This document shows positions 30,320 through 40,458 of a DNA stretch of 64,000 nt, one piece after another. Origin of the DNA: Micavibrio sp. (GTDB lineage: Bacteria; Patescibacteriota; Minisyncoccia; Moranbacterales; GCA-2747515). Numbering within the stretch: the stretch's first letter is position 1; each line of letters begins with the position of its first letter. The notes below the pieces were generated by a model that saw only the letters and a program-made list of their open reading frames with translations, was not told where the DNA came from and did not search any database. Position numbers and translations under genes: made by a program. Location: the NCBI GenBank assembly GCA_020718085.1, contig DYDB01000001.1:218891-282890 (forward strand). The letters run 5' to 3'.

Positions 30320-31678
30320 ATGGAGCATAACGATCTGACAAAAGGTAATATCTCCAAGCAGATAAAAATGATCGCAGTACCCGCGAGCATCGGCTTCTTT
30401 TTTAACACGATGTACAATGTTGTGGATACCTATTTTGGCGGACTCGTGTCAACCGATGCTCTGGCGGCATTATCTTTATCCTTTCCTGTGTTTTTTATTA
30501 TCATTGCACTTGGATCAGGCGTGTCAACTGGAGCAACTGTTCTTATTGCAAATGCACTTGGCGCCAAAGACGAAGACCGTTCACGATTGTATGCATTGCA
30601 AGCATTGAGTTTTTCTGTGATCACAAGTGTGATTTTGACAGTCGCCGGATACTTTGTTGCACCTTTTCTATTTACTGTTTTGGGCGCAACAGGTGATTAT
30701 CTTGCAATCTCGGTATCATATATCAATATCATATTACTGGGGTCGGTATTTTTTGGATTGACATTTGTAATGAATGGTATCTTGAATGCACGAGGGGATA
30801 CCAAAACGTTTCGGAATTTTTTGATCTTTGGATTTTTTCTCAATTGCATTTTGGATCCAGTATTTTTATTTGGCCTATGGGGCTTTCCGGAGCTTGGTCT
30901 TCCGGGTGTTGCGTGGGCTACATTTTTGATACAAGTGATTGGTGTTGTATATATGGGAAGCGTTCTTATAAAAAAAGATATTTTTTGCAAAGGTTGTTTT
31001 CATATGTTCTATCCGAAAGTGCAATATTTCAAAGAGATCGCACAACAAGGATTTCCCGCAAGCTTGAACATGTTGACGATCGCTGTTGGTATTTTCATCA
31101 TCACGTATTTTGTTGCACCGTTTGGAAAAACCGCAGTCGCTGCATATGGCATTGCAACAAGGATCGATCAGATCGCATTATTACCGACAATTGGACTAAA
31201 TATTGCAGCATTGACTCTTGTGGGGCAAAACAACGGTGCTAAGAAATTTGATCGATGCGTCACGGTCTTCCAGACGTCGTTGCGATACGGGTTTTATGTT
31301 TGTGTGATTGGCATGATCGGTGTGTATTTTTTTGCGAGTCAACTTATGGGATTATTTACACATGATGCAGATGTATTGCATGTAGGTATACATTATTTGC
31401 GCATCTCCGTTTTCATCTATTGGGCATATATGATCTTGTTTATCACCGTATCGGTGTTACAAGGTCTCAAAAAGCCGAACTTTGCTCTATGGATCGGTGT
31501 GTATCGTCAAATTCTTGCACCTGTATTGTTTTTCTACGTGTTTAGCAAAATGCTCGGATGGGGAGCTGATGGTGTGTGGTGGGGAATCTTTGCGATCAAC
31601 TGGACAGCTGTTGCAATCACACTTTTGTATGCGCGACATGTAATGAAAAATATTTTATCAGTTACTGCCAAAGAGTAG
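30320..31678 (+). CDS. MATE efflux transporter
   Basis: DLTKG, YNVVDT, GDTKT, NCILDP, about 12 TM segments. Confidence 0.93.
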   Translation: MEHNDLTKGNISKQIKMIAVPASIGFFFNTMYNVVDTYFGGLVSTDALAALSLSFPVFFIIIALGSGVSTGATVLIANALGAKDEDRSRLYALQALSFSVITSVILTVAGYFVAPFLFTVLGATGDYLAISVSYINIILLGSVFFGLTFVMNGILNARGDTKTFRNFLIFGFFLNCILDPVFLFGLWGFPELGLPGVAWATFLIQVIGVVYMGSVLIKKDIFCKGCFHMFYPKVQYFKEIAQQGFPASLNMLTIAVGIFIITYFVAPFGKTAVAAYGIATRIDQIALLPTIGLNIAALTLVGQNNGAKKFDRCVTVFQTSLRYGFYVCVIGMIGVYFFASQLMGLFTHDADVLHVGIHYLRISVFIYWAYMILFITVSVLQGLKKPNFALWIGVYRQILAPVLFFYVFSKMLGWGADGVWWGIFAINWTAVAITLLYARHVMKNILSVTAKE

Positions 31679-31702
31679 TTTTATCACCATCTCTCCCTAA
31701 AC

Positions 31703-31785
31703 GTCATTGCGATCCGCCTCGGGCGGAGAAGCAATCAGAAAGATTTTTAACCCCCTCTCCCTATGGGAGAGGGTTGGGGTGAGGG
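31703..31785 (+). repeat. GTCATTGCGATCCGCCTCGGGCGGAGAAGCAATC element followed by a CCCCCTCTCCC element
   Basis: Copies at 31703-31736 and 31751-31785; relatives at 36356 and 39054. Confidence 0.85.
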
Positions 31786-31941
31786 ACAATACCATAAAAA
31801 CGAAGGTAAATAAAAATGTAATGAACTCTTTAATTCATTGTTGACAGCGCAATGCAACTACGGTACGGTCTCAGTATACAGAGTTCTTTAATTGGGTGTA
31901 GAAACATATCAACAATCACGGCCAAAAAGGAGACGATGATC

Positions 31942-32808
31942 ATGCAAAAAAGAGAAGTTGTTGTGGCGATGAGCGGACTGCCTGGGAACATGCCCACAAA
32001 GATCGTTGAGCACATTTTGCGAGCGGATAAAGAAAAATATCCATTCATATTATGTCCGCATGCATTGACTGGTCCCGAGGTCACACAAAAAACGGTGACC
32101 ATATATAGGAAAAAGATCAAGCTATATCAACCTGATCGTGCAGAAGAATTTTTTGATGCAGTAGAGCGTTTCGAAGATACGCGTCCCGTGGTCATTGTGG
32201 ATTACACGCATGCATCGGCAATTGAAAAAAACGTGCAGCTGTATTGTGCTGAGGGAATCCCGTTTGTTATGGGAACAACTGGTGGAGATGAAAAGTGGAT
32301 CAAAAAGATCGTAAAAGAAACGACCAACTGCGCCATTGTCGGCCCGAATGCATCCGCACAGATCGTTGTCTTTCAAGCGATGATGACCTATGTGGCTACA
32401 ACGTTTCCCGATATTTTTCGTGGATTCACACTTGAAGTTGTAGAGAGTCATCAAAAAGGGAAAAAGGACACCAGCGGTACTGCCAAGGCCATTGTAAAGA
32501 ATTTCAATGCCATGGGCATTCCGTTTACGTTCGATCAGATCAGAAAGATCCGCGAACCCAATGAACAACGTGCCATTGGCGTACCCGAAGAATATCTTAC
32601 CGGACACGCATGGCATACATATACTGTGCGTGCGCCGGATGATAGTGTATTCTTTCAATTCACGCACAATGTCAACGGCAGAGATACGTACGCTCTCGGC
32701 ACATTGGACCTTATCAATTTTTTGATGAATAATATCAAGATCGGAAAAACCTATTCCGTGATCGACTGTGCAAAAAAAGCACAAAAAATGAACACGATGG
32801 TCAATTGA
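31942..32808 (+). CDS. dapB: 4-hydroxy-tetrahydrodipicolinate reductase
   Basis: GLPGNM, PFVMGTTGG, ESHQKGKKDTSGTA, GHAWHTY. Confidence 0.9.
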   Translation: MQKREVVVAMSGLPGNMPTKIVEHILRADKEKYPFILCPHALTGPEVTQKTVTIYRKKIKLYQPDRAEEFFDAVERFEDTRPVVIVDYTHASAIEKNVQLYCAEGIPFVMGTTGGDEKWIKKIVKETTNCAIVGPNASAQIVVFQAMMTYVATTFPDIFRGFTLEVVESHQKGKKDTSGTAKAIVKNFNAMGIPFTFDQIRKIREPNEQRAIGVPEEYLTGHAWHTYTVRAPDDSVFFQFTHNVNGRDTYALGTLDLINFLMNNIKIGKTYSVIDCAKKAQKMNTMVN

Positions 32809-33057
32809 GAAGATCAGATCTCACGAACCAAAACAGCACATGACGACACCGTCACTGTGCTGTTTTCTTTTTTTACGTGGCGGTATTGCCAAAAATAATT
32901 ACATCAAGACCGCTTTCATTTTGACATTTTCTCTATTTCCTATACTCTTCAGAGTAAGAAAAAAGGTTTAAACAACAGTAAAGAATAAACTTTTTTGAGC
33001 ATAAAAGTCCATTAACAATGCTTCATAACCGATCAATCACATCTGGAGGAGATTGCC

Positions 33058-34479
33058 ATGAGCAAAGTGCAAGAAGAATTGTTGAAATTACCTGACTTTG
33101 TACAATTGCCAACGTTAGAAAGCCAATTATGTGCTCTGACACCGCACGATGGCCGCTATGCCGAATCGACATATTTACTGGCAAACTATTGTTCCGAAGC
33201 CGGTCTGCAGAGACTGCGTCTTTTGACGGAGATCGAATATCTGATCTATCTCAACCCGCATTTGATCAACAAAGTGGACGAACAGCAATTACGCAATATC
33301 TATGGAGGTTACGACGTAAGCGCCGCCATGCGGATCAAGGAGATCGATCGAAAGATCAATCACGATGTCAAAGCGGTCGAATATTTCATTTGCGACCGCT
33401 TAGATCAATTGAACAAGGGACATCTCAAACCGCATGTACATAAATTTCTCACCTCGGAAGACGTGACCAACGCGGCGATCGGTATGATGTTCTCCTTGGT
33501 GTATGACAAGATCATGCGTCCCGAAATGATGAAACTTCTGCAGATGATTTCTGCCCATGCAAAAATGTGGCAGGGTCAGCCAATGCTTGCTCGTACACAC
33601 GGTCAACCGGCAAGTCCGACAACTGTGGGAAAAGAATTTGCGATCTATGCATCGCGCATTGGTCAGATCATGCAAAAACTGGATGAACTGCCCATCACGA
33701 TCAAATGGAATGGCGCAAGCGGTAACTACAATGCGCACATTGCTGCAGATCCTGCACGTGACTGGTTTGATTTCAGCATCAATTTTGTGGAAATTCATCT
33801 CGGTTTTACGGTTGAGTTGTACACCGCACAGACAAATCATTATCTGTATGTTGCGGACATTTTACATCAATACAAAAATCTGTGCTCTGTTCTGATCGAT
33901 CTGTGCCAAGATATCTGGCTCTACATTTCCTACGACAATTTCAAATTGAAACCAAAGGATGGGGAAGTGGGCTCATCGGTGATGCCACACAAGGTCAATC
34001 CCATTGATTTTGAGAACGGGGAAGGTAACCTGGGACTTGCAGAGATCAATTTTGGCTACTTGGCGAGTAAATTGCAAAAATCCCGTATGCAACGCGATCT
34101 TTCTGATAGTACCACTTTGCGCAATCTGGGTGTGCATTTTGGTTCGTTTCTCATTGCGATCAAAAGTATCATGCGCGGTTTGGGAAAGATCGATATCAAT
34201 GAGCAGAAACTTCTGGAAGATCTCGAAAGAAATCCTGCCATACTTTCAGAAGCGATCCAATCTGTGATGAGAGGGCATAATATCCCAAATGGCTATGAGC
34301 GACTCAAAGAGATCACCAGGGGCAAAGTCGTGGATCTGGATATATTGCGAACGTTCGTTGCTTCACTGAAAGGAGAGCTGCCTGCGGGAGCTTTTGATTA
34401 TCTCTTTCATACAGTTCCCAGTGCATATACCGGACTAGCCGAGCAGTTAGTGGAAAATTGTTTGGATGAAGTGACCTGA
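33058..34479 (+). CDS. purB: Adenylosuccinate lyase
   Basis: NHDVKAVEY, RTHGQPASPT, GSSVMPHKVNP. Confidence 0.95.
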   Translation: MSKVQEELLKLPDFVQLPTLESQLCALTPHDGRYAESTYLLANYCSEAGLQRLRLLTEIEYLIYLNPHLINKVDEQQLRNIYGGYDVSAAMRIKEIDRKINHDVKAVEYFICDRLDQLNKGHLKPHVHKFLTSEDVTNAAIGMMFSLVYDKIMRPEMMKLLQMISAHAKMWQGQPMLARTHGQPASPTTVGKEFAIYASRIGQIMQKLDELPITIKWNGASGNYNAHIAADPARDWFDFSINFVEIHLGFTVELYTAQTNHYLYVADILHQYKNLCSVLIDLCQDIWLYISYDNFKLKPKDGEVGSSVMPHKVNPIDFENGEGNLGLAEINFGYLASKLQKSRMQRDLSDSTTLRNLGVHFGSFLIAIKSIMRGLGKIDINEQKLLEDLERNPAILSEAIQSVMRGHNIPNGYERLKEITRGKVVDLDILRTFVASLKGELPAGAFDYLFHTVPSAYTGLAEQLVENCLDEVT

Positions 34480-34588
34480 TAATAATCACTGTGTCAAAGA
34501 CACGCAAAAATGAACAGCATATAGCCGCGCTATATGCTGTTTTCCTTTTATTCGATATTTTTTCTCATGCTATAAATAACTATAAATT

Positions 34589-34633
34589 GTCATTTCGGAC
34601 ATGCCTGTCCGCCTCTGGTGGAATCCGGAATCT
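34589..34633 (+). repeat. GTCATTyCGGAC..GATCCGGAATCT element with a nested 19-bp insert (34604-34622)
   Basis: Uninterrupted copy at 39099-39124. Confidence 0.8.
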
Positions 34634-34786
34634 AGAAAAATTTAATATGTAATGCAAAAATGTTAGTAAAAAATATATTTTAGTCATATCTTGTCGTCCT
34701 GATTTTGTTATAGTATAGTTCCATGTAGAAGTTGAAAGTGAAAAAATTAGTACCTACACAACCATTTTCCAAGAAGGAGACATCGT

Positions 34787-35479
34787 ATGAATTTACTGGC
34801 AAAGGAACAGGAACGGACAGTACAAATATCAGCATTCATGAGTGGTGTATATCTGTGGATGAGCATAGGTCTTCTCATTACCGGCATGATCGCACATTGG
34901 TTCGGCACGACGGGAGAATTGAGCCAGTTCGCACAAAAGAACATGTTTCTCTTATGCATTGCAGAACTGGGTATCGTATTTTACCTGTGTGCACGTATTG
35001 AACGCATGACCGCATTAACCGCACAGATGGCATTTGTCATCTATGCAGCGCTCAACGGCATCACGTTGTCAACGATCTTCATGATATATACACAACAGTC
35101 GATTGCGACCACCTTCATGATCTGTGCAGCAACATTTGCAATGTGCAGTGTCTATGGGTATACCACAAAAAAAGATCTGACGTCCTGGGGAAGCTTTTTG
35201 TTCATGGGGCTCATCGGTCTTGTGATCGCTACGTTTGTGAACGTTTTACTGCAAAGTCCGGCCATACATTTTGCCACATCAGCCATCGGTGTTATTGTTT
35301 TCGTTGGGTTAACGGCATATGATACGCAAAAACTCAAAGCGATGTCTGGCGTGGAAGGTTATCTCGTTCGCAACAAGCAGGTCAGCAACGCGGCGATCAT
35401 GGGCGCATTGGCTCTGTACCTTGATTTCATCAACCTCTTCTTGTTCTTCCTACGATTCTTTGGTGTTTCTCGAGACTGA
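34787..35479 (+). CDS. Bax inhibitor-1/YccA family membrane protein
   Basis: YGYTTKKDL, TAYDTQKLK, ALALYLDFINLF. Confidence 0.93.
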   Translation: MNLLAKEQERTVQISAFMSGVYLWMSIGLLITGMIAHWFGTTGELSQFAQKNMFLLCIAELGIVFYLCARIERMTALTAQMAFVIYAALNGITLSTIFMIYTQQSIATTFMICAATFAMCSVYGYTTKKDLTSWGSFLFMGLIGLVIATFVNVLLQSPAIHFATSAIGVIVFVGLTAYDTQKLKAMSGVEGYLVRNKQVSNAAIMGALALYLDFINLFLFFLRFFGVSRD

Positions 35480-35664
35480 GATCATTCCACGTAGAAGATG
35501 AATATGTGGCGGCAAATCACCGAGTTGATTTGCCGCCATTTAAATTGTCTTCGCGAGCCCGCTATATGCGGGCGTGGCGATCTATACAAAATTTTGATTA
35601 TTTGATCTGCACATGCTACAGTACAAACATTATTTGGGATCTGTAAACAATCATATTTTTGTGT

Positions 35665-36336
35665 ATGTCACCGATCCTACATCTTCCAAAACATGCTATG
35701 CCGCGTGAAAAACTCATTGAAAAAGGCCCTGAAAATCTCAGAGACAGCGAGCTTTTGGCAATCCTTCTCCGTACGGGTGTAAGAGGGAAGAACGTCATCG
35801 AACTGTCGCGAACTATTTTACAAGATCATCCGACCAAAAAACTGTTGTCACGAAATTACAAAGATCTCGCAAAGATCAAGGGCATCGGCCCGGCAAAGGC
35901 GTGCAATATGTTGGCAGCATTTGAACTGACCAAGCGCGCATTGGACGTGCAAGACAATAATCTTCCATCACTTACGCGCGCGATCGATGCCGTAGCACAA
36001 CTTCAAGAATTACGTCATGCAAAACGTGAGTATTTTGTTGCGCTCTATCTCAATGCACGCAATCAATTGGTGCACAAGGAAACGATCTCGATCGGCACAC
36101 TGAACGCCAGTCTCATCCATCCGCGCGAGATCTTCAAACCGGCAGTGGATCATCTTGCTGCCTCACTGATCGTTGCGCACAATCATCCCTCAGGTGACAC
36201 AGAACCGTCACATGACGATATGATGGTCACCAAAAGGATCACAGAAGCAGGACATATCATGGGCGTGGAGCTCATCGATCACATCATCATCACCCACAAC
36301 GCATTTTACAGTTTTCAAGAAAGAAACATTTTATAG
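35665..36336 (+). CDS. radC: RadC (JAB domain) protein
   Basis: PREKL, ELLAILLRTG, HPREIF, HNHPSGD..PS..D. Confidence 0.94.
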   Translation: MSPILHLPKHAMPREKLIEKGPENLRDSELLAILLRTGVRGKNVIELSRTILQDHPTKKLLSRNYKDLAKIKGIGPAKACNMLAAFELTKRALDVQDNNLPSLTRAIDAVAQLQELRHAKREYFVALYLNARNQLVHKETISIGTLNASLIHPREIFKPAVDHLAASLIVAHNHPSGDTEPSHDDMMVTKRITEAGHIMGVELIDHIIITHNAFYSFQERNIL

Positions 36337-36490
36337 TGCCATACCGATTCGATATGTCATTGCGATCCGCCTCGGGCTGAGAAGTAATCCAGAACCCTTA
36401 AAGATTGAAAAAGCAATATTTTTACAGGTTTCAATAAAAGAATATAATCATATTAACAAGTAATAAATCAATAAATACGGCAATACTTTT

Positions 36491-37261
36491 ATGAAAAATA
36501 ATCTAAACACGATATTATCGCAAATATTAAAAATCATGATGATCTTCTTTTTACTGATCTCTTCCGTCTATATATTTATGCATCTCTTTTTCTACAAGTC
36601 ACATACATTTATCATTGTAGATAACGTTCAAGATGACAGAGCCTCTTTTATTACCAAAAGCCTCAAAAAAATTGCTGAATCATCCGCATTCACCAAAGTC
36701 ATGGATAGTCAGGATGTTTTGCAACTGATAAGTATCTTTGCGATTTTCGGTGGTGTGTTGGCATACATCTTTCAAACCATCGTTAAAGCCGATTTGATCA
36801 ATGAAAATGAGAAGGCAAAATTGGATAATAGAAGATTTACAGAAGCACAAGCATTTAAGACTATAGGACTCGTGGGATATTATCACTATGAGATGGTTAG
36901 AGAAATTGATGAGAAGGACGAGGAAGAAGAAAATGAAGATGATGATGATATTTGTGGAAAGGAAGATCTTTTGAATAAAAATGTACTACTTGATGATGCA
37001 ATAAAACAGACGTACAAAGCTATGGAGTTTGCAAGTGAACTTAACGAAAAAGATTTCAATCATGGACCGCTGTTGTACATCTGCAAAAATAATCTAGCAT
37101 GGTATCTGGCAGAGCGAAAAAATGAAAACGATGCCGAAGAGGCGTGTGCACTTATAAATGATTGCATAGAAAAACTGCACACATACCCCACACATGCGCA
37201 TGCTTGGAAATCAACTTTATGTTTCGTGAATGAAAGATTCAAAAAACAAACAAAATGCTAG
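36491..37261 (+). CDS. Membrane protein with an acidic tract and a TPR-like helix
   Basis: Two TM segments, DEEEENEDDDD, NNLAWYLA. Confidence 0.7.
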   Translation: MKNNLNTILSQILKIMMIFFLLISSVYIFMHLFFYKSHTFIIVDNVQDDRASFITKSLKKIAESSAFTKVMDSQDVLQLISIFAIFGGVLAYIFQTIVKADLINENEKAKLDNRRFTEAQAFKTIGLVGYYHYEMVREIDEKDEEEENEDDDDICGKEDLLNKNVLLDDAIKQTYKAMEFASELNEKDFNHGPLLYICKNNLAWYLAERKNENDAEEACALINDCIEKLHTYPTHAHAWKSTLCFVNERFKKQTKC

Positions 37262-37365
37262 AATTCTGGAATAAATTTCATATTTAAAAGCCTGTTTATT
37301 TTTACATTAGTAACTACGTACAGTATATCATAATACTTTCAATATTCAAACATAGAAGAATGATG

Positions 37366-37471
37366 CCCCCTCTCCCTCTGGGAGAGGGCTGGGGTGAGGG
37401 AAATATTTTCATCCTAACCAAACACGTCATTGCGCCTGTCCGCCTTTGGCGGAAGCATAGAGAAGCAATCC
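37366..37471 (+). repeat. Composite REP block upstream of thrC
   Basis: CCCCCTCTCCC element, conserved linker, then a GTCATTGCG element with a nested insert (37435-37453). Confidence 0.85.
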
Positions 37472-37583
37472 ATGATCCGAATTGACACCAATCAGTATTC
37501 CTGCTTTTATTATGGCAAGATATTTTTGTTGTTTTGACAATTACATATAATACACGAAACCACTACACAGGAGGTAAAAAGAG

Positions 37584-38930
37584 ATGGAAAAAAAAGCATT
37601 CACTTCTGCACAAACATTTTTACAATGTATCAATTGTCAGCATACCGCCGATCTGCTGGATGAGCGCACGTTCTCTTGTCCGAAATGTGGCAGTCTCTAT
37701 GATGTTGTGCATAACTCAGATGTGAGCAAGTTACTCGATTTTAACGCATATACAAAGATCTTTGACGAACGCGCGCAATCAAAACATCATCTGTACCTCA
37801 ATCCACGTTCGCGATCCGGCGTATGGCGTTTTCAGGAATGGATCATGCCATATCTGCCAACGCAATACATCACGACGCTTGGCGAAGGTAATGTGCCGAT
37901 CGTTCGTGCCGGCAGATATTTACAGGCATGGATCGGTGATATTGAATTGTGGATCATTTTGGAAGGCATGACACCGACAGGATCTTTCAAAGATTTTGGC
38001 GGTACGGTCATGATCTCTGTAGCCAAGGCTGCCGGGATCAACGCAATCGGATGTGCTTCCACCGGTGATACGTCCGCTATGGCCGCTGCATATGCATCAG
38101 CAGCGGGTATGAGATGTGTCGTTGTATTGCCAAAAAATTTGGTGACTGCGGCACAAATCGCACAACCACTTGTACACGGTGCAACAGTGATCATGCTCCC
38201 GGGAACTTTCGACGTATGCATGCGTGTTGTACGTGAACTTGTGCAAGCAGGTTTACTTTTTCCGGCAAACAGTCTCAACCCCACACGCATTGAGGGACAT
38301 CAGGCGACAGTATTTCTCACAGCACAATTCTTCAATTGGGAATTGCCCGATTTCTTTGGAGTACCGGTAGGCAACGGCAGTAATGGCAGTTCCATTGGTA
38401 AAGGTATTCGTACCATGCAATCGTTCGGCTATACAGGAAAAATTCCGCATATTTTAGGTTGTCAGTCAGAAGCAGCGCATCCGTTATCACTGTCATGGCT
38501 CAAAGCATGTGATGCACGACAAAAGAACGTAGAATCAGCATGGCGTGAAATTTACAAGCCCCAGATGAGCGTTGGCGTTACGACCGCAACTGCTGCATTG
38601 ATTGGTAATCCGGTATCGTGGCAGAAAGTCATTCGCGAAGTGGTTCACACTGACGGGATGATGAACATCGTACCGGAAGCTATGCTCAATGAGGCGGTAG
38701 CTGTATGTGGTAAAGATGGACACTTTGTCTGTCCGCAAACCGGCACAGTTCTTGCAGGCATCAAACAGGCTGTAGAAAGTGGGCAAATCGCCAAGGGATC
38801 ACGCGTTGTCGCTGTGTCCACAGCAAATGGTCTCAAATTCACAGAGTCAGCGACAATGGGGTTGCAGGATACGATCATTCATGCACAGGACTGTAACACA
38901 GAAACAGTTGCAAAGATCATGGGTTTCTAG
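37584..38930 (+). CDS. thrC: Threonine synthase
   Basis: PTGSFKD (PLP lysine), CASTGDTSA, VPVGNGSN, STANGLKF. Confidence 0.92.
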   Translation: MEKKAFTSAQTFLQCINCQHTADLLDERTFSCPKCGSLYDVVHNSDVSKLLDFNAYTKIFDERAQSKHHLYLNPRSRSGVWRFQEWIMPYLPTQYITTLGEGNVPIVRAGRYLQAWIGDIELWIILEGMTPTGSFKDFGGTVMISVAKAAGINAIGCASTGDTSAMAAAYASAAGMRCVVVLPKNLVTAAQIAQPLVHGATVIMLPGTFDVCMRVVRELVQAGLLFPANSLNPTRIEGHQATVFLTAQFFNWELPDFFGVPVGNGSNGSSIGKGIRTMQSFGYTGKIPHILGCQSEAAHPLSLSWLKACDARQKNVESAWREIYKPQMSVGVTTATAALIGNPVSWQKVIREVVHTDGMMNIVPEAMLNEAVAVCGKDGHFVCPQTGTVLAGIKQAVESGQIAKGSRVVAVSTANGLKFTESATMGLQDTIIHAQDCNTETVAKIMGF

Positions 38931-38995
38931 AGAACACTCTACAAAAACAGTAGTGTCACACAATGTGATACTACTGTTTTCTTTTACTCCAAATT

Positions 38996-39180
38996 CCCCC
39001 TCTCCCTATGGGAGAGGGTTGGGGTGAGGGCATTTTTTATCCCAACTAAACACGTCTTTGCGATCCGCCTCGGGTGGAGAAGCAATCCAGCCCCTTTTGT
39101 CATTCCGGACTTGATCCGGAATCTAGTCTTATGTCATCCCGCCTGTCCGCCTTTGGAGGAAGCGAAATCGAGGAATCCAG
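38996..39180 (+). repeat. Composite REP block downstream of thrC (four elements, the last with a nested insert at 39142-39160)
   Basis: Elements at 38996-39030, 39054-39088, 39099-39124 and 39133-39180. Confidence 0.85.
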
Positions 39181-39327
39181 AGAACAAAATCAACATGTTC
39201 CAAGATGAAAACAGTTGGAAATTATAGCAACTATCCGGAAACTCCGAATAGTTCACAAAACCCCATCAAATTGGCAAAAATGAATAAAAACATTGATTTA
39301 TTGGTGAAAATGTGCTATAATAAGGGT

Positions 39328-39503
39328 GTAGAGAACTTAACAATATTACAAAATACGGATCTTTTCTTGTGAAATACACAGGATGGGCAAACTGGGAAAT
39401 CTGCGGTGCGCCTTACGGGATCTGTAACTGACATGCTTTACAAAGCGGTTGGGAGATTTCATTCAGTTGTCGAACTGGATCAAAACTCTTAGCCGCTTTT
39501 TTT
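39328..39503 (+). ncRNA. Candidate three-way-junction leader RNA plus terminator
   Basis: TTGATT-17-TATAAT promoter; P1 39354-62/39418-26; P2 39365-83; P3 about 39385-413; long hairpin with T tract at 39442-39503. Confidence 0.5.
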
Positions 39504-39586
39504 GTTTGGTTAAGAGATAATCAAAGAAAGTGAGGCACGCCTATGATATATCGCACAAAACATTTTAATCAGTAATAATATTCATT

Positions 39587-40378
39587 ATGACAATTTACAC
39601 ACCAAAGATCCAAAAAGCGATTCAATTCGCGATCCAAACGCATGAGATCGATCAAAAACAAAAAAGAAAAGGTAAAGACATTGCGTACATCATCCATCCG
39701 TTGACTGTGGGACTGATCCTCGCACGTGCAGGTGCATCGGAAGATGTCATTGTTGCGGGCATTTTACATGATACGATCGAGGATTCGCTGGAACAGCATA
39801 AAGTCACAGCAGAAACAGTAGAAAAACTGTTTGGCAAAGAGGTGGCAACGTATGTGCTGAGCGTGACAGAAACAAACAAGGCATTGCCGTGGGAGGAACG
39901 CAAAGAACACGCCCTGGCACACATCGCGACATTATCAGAAGGATCCCTGCTAATCAAATCTGCAGATATCCTGGTAAATGGTACAGAACTTCTCGATGAC
40001 CATGCACAGCATGGTGATGCTGTATTTAAACGATTCAACGCCCCGAGCAAGGAACTGCTCATCAAAAATCAATTGCGTCTCATTACGGCGATCATAAAGA
40101 AGTGGGCTGATAACCCATTGGCACAGGACTTGAAATTCTTGGCGTATAGTTTATTTGGGATCTGTGAGTTGGCATTTATGATGGCTGAGCCGGCACGGAG
40201 CATTCCACACAGAGAATATGATGAGAATGCTGTGATCTCATGTCCAGTGTGTTTATGGCAGGGAATGGGGAGGGATGCATTATCGGAATCTGGGCATGTA
40301 TGTGTTGAGTTACGATGCCCAATCTGCGATAAGATGATCATTGTGGCTGAATTCGCGATGTTGAATAAAGCTTTATAA
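39587..40378 (+). CDS. HD-domain hydrolase (Mesh1/small alarmone hydrolase-like) with a C-terminal Zn ribbon
   Basis: QKRK, YIIHPL, LHDTIED, KSAD; CPVC...CPIC. Confidence 0.85.
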   Translation: MTIYTPKIQKAIQFAIQTHEIDQKQKRKGKDIAYIIHPLTVGLILARAGASEDVIVAGILHDTIEDSLEQHKVTAETVEKLFGKEVATYVLSVTETNKALPWEERKEHALAHIATLSEGSLLIKSADILVNGTELLDDHAQHGDAVFKRFNAPSKELLIKNQLRLITAIIKKWADNPLAQDLKFLAYSLFGICELAFMMAEPARSIPHREYDENAVISCPVCLWQGMGRDALSESGHVCVELRCPICDKMIIVAEFAMLNKAL

Positions 40379-40458
40379 AACCCCATAAAATTGGCAAAAA
40401 GGGAAGAAAAGGGGTAGAATTATAATTATGTATTATAGAAATTTGAAAGAAATTAATT

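Noticed and set aside
32122-32784. Long antisense ORFs (this one, 50842-51405, 17534-18013 and others)
   Set aside because: They are shadows of well-supported genes on the opposite strand.
39229-39253. AACTATCCGGAAACTCCGAATAGTT palindrome as another repeat family
   Set aside because: Only one copy is present in the window, so repeat status cannot be supported here.
39376-39430. c-di-GMP-I riboswitch (GGGCAAAC)
   Set aside because: The GAAA tetraloop, GACGCAAAG and P3 consensus elements are absent.
40414-40432. Degenerate seventh 34-bp site (GTAGAATTATAATTATGT)
   Set aside because: It has no left arm or ACGGCCGT core and is better explained as a -10 region.
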